DNA from: an uncultured Acidobacteriota bacterium
Lineage (GTDB): Bacteria > Acidobacteriota > Vicinamibacteria > Vicinamibacterales > JAKQTR01
Assembly: GCA_963817885.1 (NCBI GenBank)
Contig: CAWFQE010000013.1
Location: forward strand, 240,178-304,177
Reading direction: 5' to 3'
DNA length: 64,000 nt
Of the stretch, positions 60,501-64,000 are shown piece after piece. The stretch's first letter is position 1; each line of letters starts with the position of its first letter. The position numbers and the translations under genes are program-made. The notes beneath the pieces are model-generated. The model was not told the DNA's origin. It did not search any database and was given only the letters and a program-made list of their open reading frames with translations.

Positions 60501-61028
60501 TCAGTTTACCCCAGAGCGCGGAACGCTGTCGCCGAGGCGCGGGACGAGCAGCGCGGCGGTGATGAGCGCGGAAATGGCGGCCCCAAGCGGCAGGGCCCAG
60601 CCTGCCCGCATCAGGTCGGACGGATGGATGGCTCCTGCCCATTCACCAGCCCACAGACAGAGGGTCGGGACCGCACTGGCGGCCAGGACCACGCGCGGCC
60701 AGCGCCCGTGGAGGCTCCTGCGACGCCGGTCGGATGCGATCAGGACGAGGATTGCGCCGAGTGGAGCGCCGGCGTAGAGGCCCGTGCAGCGGGCGCAGAC
60801 CGGCAACTGCGCGCCGGACAGATGGAACGACCGATCCGCGCGCTGGTGACAGATGACGGCGCCCGTCCGGTAGACGACCCCGGCCAGGACGAAATCCACG
60901 CGGCCCGGGCGGGAATGGATCGCCACCCACGGCGCGGCGGCCAGCAGCGATACCCAGACAAGGCTCGCGCAGAGCCATGCGATCGCCAGAACGGTTCGCG
61001 CCGTGCCTTCAGCCACCTGCCCCCGCAC
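60501..61028 (-). CDS. DUF2085 membrane protein (start uncertain)
   Basis: ICHQRADRSF...G.QLPVCARCTGLYAG motif plus TM helices. Confidence 0.8.
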   Translation of the reverse strand: MRGQVAEGTARTVLAIAWLCASLVWVSLLAAAPWVAIHSRPGRVDFVLAGVVYRTGAVICHQRADRSFHLSGAQLPVCARCTGLYAGAPLGAILVLIASDRRRRSLHGRWPRVVLAASAVPTLCLWAGEWAGAIHPSDLMRAGWALPLGAAISALITAALLVPRLGDSVPRSGVN

Positions 61029-61055
61029 CTCGTGGCAAGAATTCCCGGTCCTGAT

Positions 61056-61118
61056 CCCGGGGCTCACTTGTATTGAGCTCGTGAGCCCCGGGCACGCGGG
61101 CTGAAGCCCACGTGCTCC
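61056..61118. repeat. Two adjacent inverted repeats; the second is REP-like
   Basis: CCCGGGGCTCAC-N13-GTGAGCCCCGGG (61056-61092) and GCACGcGGGC-TGAA-GCCCaCGTGC (61092-61115). Confidence 0.6.
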
Positions 61119-61155
61119 ATTCCCGGCGTGTCCTCAATTCAACCGAGCGCCGGGA

Positions 61156-62067
61156 TTAGAAGTGCGTCAGTTTCCGGAACTGCTCGAACCGCTCGTCGAC
61201 CTCTGCGGGCTTCAGGCGCAGGAGACGGTCGAGACTGAAATCCTCGACGGCGAACGACGCCATCACGCTTCCATAGACGATGGCCCTCGCCATGGCATCG
61301 TCGCTGGTCTCGCGACGGGACGCCAGGTAGCCCATGAATCCCCCGCCGAACGTGTCGCCCGCCCCGGTCGGGTCGACGACGTGTTCGAGCGGCATGGCCG
61401 GGACGGCGAAGAATCCTCCGTCGGAGCGCGCCATCAGCACGCCGTACTCGCCGCGCTTGATGATCAGCGTCTTCGGTCCCATCGCGCGGATGGTCCGGGC
61501 CGCCGCCACCAGGCTCGATTGGCCCGATAGCTGACGGGCTTCCGAATCGTTGATCACCAGCACGTCAACGCGCCTGATCACGGCCTTCAGCGCGTCGAGC
61601 GAGCCCTCGATCCAGAAATTCATCGTGTCCAGGCCGACGAACCGCGGCGTGCGGACCTGGTCCAGCACCTGGGACTGCAACTGCGGCTGGATGTTGCCGA
61701 GGAAGAGGAACGGGGTGTCCCGGTACCCTTCCGGGATTTCCGGCTTGAAGTCGGCGAACACGTTGAGGTGCGTGTAGATCGTCTCTCGCGAATTCAGGTC
61801 GTCGCCGTAGACGCCCTTCCACCGGAAGGTCTCCCCCGCGACGTGCTGCAGGCCGGCGAGGTCGATGCGCCGCCCCGCGAACACCCGCGCGGCGGTGTCG
61901 CCGAAGTCTGTCCCCACCACGGCGACCATGCGCACGTCGGTGAAGAACGAGGCGGCGACGCTGAAGTATGTCGCGGCCCCGCCGACCACGCGGGACACTT
62001 CCCCTGTGGGGGTCTTGATGGAATCGAACGCGACGGAACCGACGACGAGAACCGGATCAGTAGGCAT
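61156..62067 (-). CDS. PfkB-family carbohydrate/nucleoside kinase
   Basis: VGSVAFD, GGAATY, IND.EA, VDPTGAGDTFGGG. Confidence 0.92.
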   Translation of the reverse strand: MPTDPVLVVGSVAFDSIKTPTGEVSRVVGGAATYFSVAASFFTDVRMVAVVGTDFGDTAARVFAGRRIDLAGLQHVAGETFRWKGVYGDDLNSRETIYTHLNVFADFKPEIPEGYRDTPFLFLGNIQPQLQSQVLDQVRTPRFVGLDTMNFWIEGSLDALKAVIRRVDVLVINDSEARQLSGQSSLVAAARTIRAMGPKTLIIKRGEYGVLMARSDGGFFAVPAMPLEHVVDPTGAGDTFGGGFMGYLASRRETSDDAMARAIVYGSVMASFAVEDFSLDRLLRLKPAEVDERFEQFRKLTHF

Positions 62068-62111
62068 GGGTGTCGCTCTGGACAGGTGATGAGGACAGTT
62101 CGGATTTCGGG

Positions 62112-62975
62112 TTACGCCTTGACGTACTTGCCGATGATCGGCGCGAGTTCCTGCCTCACCGAGGCAGGGATCAGGTTCATGCGCGTGATGATCGCCGACT
62201 GGAGCGCCGACTGGCACGCGCAGCTTCTTTGCCTGGGCATCCGGCTGACGGATTCGGAAATGATGCGCTGGGCGTTCTCCGCGTTCCTGGCGAGGTTGGC
62301 GACCACCATGTCGACGGTGACCTGGCTGTGGTCCGGGTACCAGCAGTCGTAGTCCGTGACGAGCGCGATGGTCGCGTAGCAGATCTCCGCTTCGCGGGCG
62401 AGCTTCGCCTCCTGGAGGTTCGTCATGCCGATCACGTGGAACCCCCACGACCGGTAGAGCGTCGACTCGGCGAGCGTCGAGAACTGCGGCCCCTCCATGC
62501 AGAGATAGGTGCCGCCCTGGTGCACACGCGCGCCGATGTCGCGTCCGGACTCGTACGCGATGGCGCAGAGATCCGGACAGACGGGTTGCGCGAACGCCAC
62601 GTGCACGGCGATGCCGTTTCCGAAGAACGTGCTGGCGCGCCCCCTGGTCCGATCGAAGAACTGATCGGGGATCACGATGTCGAGCGGCCTGATCTCCTCT
62701 CGCAGCGACCCGACGGCGCTGGCCGAGAGGATGCGTTGCACGCCGAGCAGCTTGAACCCGAAGATGTTCGCGCGGAAGTTGAGCTCCGACGGCAGGATGC
62801 GGTGCCCTTCCCCGTGGCGCGCCAGGAAGGCGACGCGCCGGCCCTGCAGCGTGGCGGTGACGTAGGGACCGGAGGGAGCCCCGAACGGGGTCGTCAGGGT
62901 GACTTCTTCACGGTCCTGCAGCTCCGCCATGTCGTAGAGGCCGCTGCCGCCGATGATCCCGATTTCGATCGACAT
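62112..62975 (-). CDS. mtnP: S-methyl-5'-thioadenosine phosphorylase
   Basis: GIIGGSGLY, FLARHG, EGPQFSTLAES, IGMT..EAKLAREAE, TDYDCW. Confidence 0.95.
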   Translation of the reverse strand: MSIEIGIIGGSGLYDMAELQDREEVTLTTPFGAPSGPYVTATLQGRRVAFLARHGEGHRILPSELNFRANIFGFKLLGVQRILSASAVGSLREEIRPLDIVIPDQFFDRTRGRASTFFGNGIAVHVAFAQPVCPDLCAIAYESGRDIGARVHQGGTYLCMEGPQFSTLAESTLYRSWGFHVIGMTNLQEAKLAREAEICYATIALVTDYDCWYPDHSQVTVDMVVANLARNAENAQRIISESVSRMPRQRSCACQSALQSAIITRMNLIPASVRQELAPIIGKYVKA

Positions 62976-62980
62976 GAACG

Positions 62981-63385
62981 CTATCCTCTCGCCTGCTTGA
63001 GTTCCACCAGCACGCCGTGGGCGCTCTCCGGGTGCACGAAGGCGACGAGCGACCCGCCCGCGCCCTGCCGGGGCACCTCGTCGATCAACCTGGCGCCGCC
63101 CGCCTTGAGCCGCGCCAGCGCCGCGTGGATGTCGTCGACCCGGAGCGTCAGATGATGAATGCCCGGGCCCCGCTTCTGGACGAACTTCGCAATGGGAGAA
63201 TCGGGAGATGTGGCCTCGAGCAGCTCGAGGTCGGCGCCCCCGACCGGAACCAGGTGAGCCCGGACCCGCTGCGAGGCGATGACCTCGGGCGCTTCGATCT
63301 CGAGCCCGAGCAGGTCACGGTAGAAGGCCAGCGCCTGCTGCAGGTCCCCGACGGCGATGCCAACGTGATCGAGCGTCGCTTTCAT
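62981..63385 (-). CDS. mce: Methylmalonyl-CoA epimerase
   Basis: DHVGIAV, ELLE, GIHH, AFVHP....GVLVEL; follows meaB. Confidence 0.9.
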   Translation of the reverse strand: MKATLDHVGIAVGDLQQALAFYRDLLGLEIEAPEVIASQRVRAHLVPVGGADLELLEATSPDSPIAKFVQKRGPGIHHLTLRVDDIHAALARLKAGGARLIDEVPRQGAGGSLVAFVHPESAHGVLVELKQARG

Positions 63386-63415
63386 GCCGAGGCTCCTTTC
63401 CGCTCCGGCCGAAGG

Positions 63416-64000
63416 TCACGTCCGGGCGGCGCGCGCGAGGATGTCGGCGGCGGCCGTGTAGGGATCCACCGCGCGATCGGCCAGCCGGTCGAGCAGCGCC
63501 TCGAACTCACCCGGCTGGAGGACGTGCCGCTCGACGTGTTCCATGAACCGCTCCATCAGGATCTCGCGCAGGCGTGATTCGTGCCGGATCCGCCGGCGCG
63601 CCGCCTGCTTGGTGACCTCGTGGGCCCGGAACCGTCCGATCGTGTCCAAGAGCTCCGCGACGCCCGCACCGGTGGTCGCCTGCGTGCGGAGAATGGGCGG
63701 CACCCACTCGTCGGGTCCGAAATCCTCGAGCGCGAGCATCGCCTCGATCGAGCTCACGAGGCGATCGGCGCCATCCCGGTCGGACTTGTTGACCACGAAG
63801 ATGTCGGCGATCTCCATGATGCCGGCCTTGAGGGCCTGCACTTCGTCGCCCGTACCCGGCACCAGCGTCAGGATCGACACGTCGGCGGTCCGGACGATGT
63901 CCACTTCGTCCTGACCGACGCCCACCGTCTCGATCACGATCCAGTCCTTGCCGGCGGCGTCGAGCACGTAAGCCGCTTCATGGGTTGCCCTGGCGAGGCC
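63416..64000 (-). CDS. meaB: MeaB/ArgK GTPase (5' truncated by window)
   Basis: IETVGVGQDE, GDEVQALKAGIMEIAD..VVNKSD, DPYTAA. Confidence 0.93.
   Translation of the reverse strand, partial: GLARATHEAAYVLDAAGKDWIVIETVGVGQDEVDIVRTADVSILTLVPGTGDEVQALKAGIMEIADIFVVNKSDRDGADRLVSSIEAMLALEDFGPDEWVPPILRTQATTGAGVAELLDTIGRFRAHEVTKQAARRRIRHESRLREILMERFMEHVERHVLQPGEFEALLDRLADRAVDPYTAAADILARAART

Overview
High-GC bacterial chromosome segment; gene content and order suggest Acidobacteriota, probably Vicinamibacteria-like (inference). It is mostly housekeeping genes: grpE-dnaJ-prmA, rsmE, Ser/Thr kinase-ilvE-pilT-recX-alaS, rpsT, and a long minus-strand run (meaB, mce, mtnP, pfkB, small membrane genes, crotonase, ribH, nusB, lysS, lolCE/lolD, clpC, bamA, skp, a fabZ-lpxA fusion, lpxI, gnnA-like, a futalosine menaquinone cluster, tonB, miaA, hfq, deoB, dGTPase, DUF177, rpmF, plsX-fabD-fabG-acpP-fabF, etfBA plus a membrane Fe-S oxidoreductase, DUF374, HDAC-like, leuS, lptE, holA). 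One ~5.4 kb accessory/defence island (about 11450-16841) holds an MmeI-like type IIL restriction-modification fusion with an AT-richer target-recognition segment, a broken nucleotidyltransferase with a small partner gene, and a decayed IS1-family transposase. It also holds an intact HigB-HigA-SecB toxin-antitoxin-chaperone triad that appears to lie inside that IS element's terminal repeat. Other notable points are an MqnE/CofH-like protein lacking the radical-SAM cysteine motif, the FabZ-LpxA fusion with a FabA-type Asp, two small membrane ORFs with clear translation signals, and a 42-bp tandem repeat at the clpC promoter. The many +1 frameshifts at 2.8-7.9 kb look like sequencing/consensus errors. 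No tRNA, rRNA or CRISPR array was recognised. All family calls come from motif recognition, not database searches.
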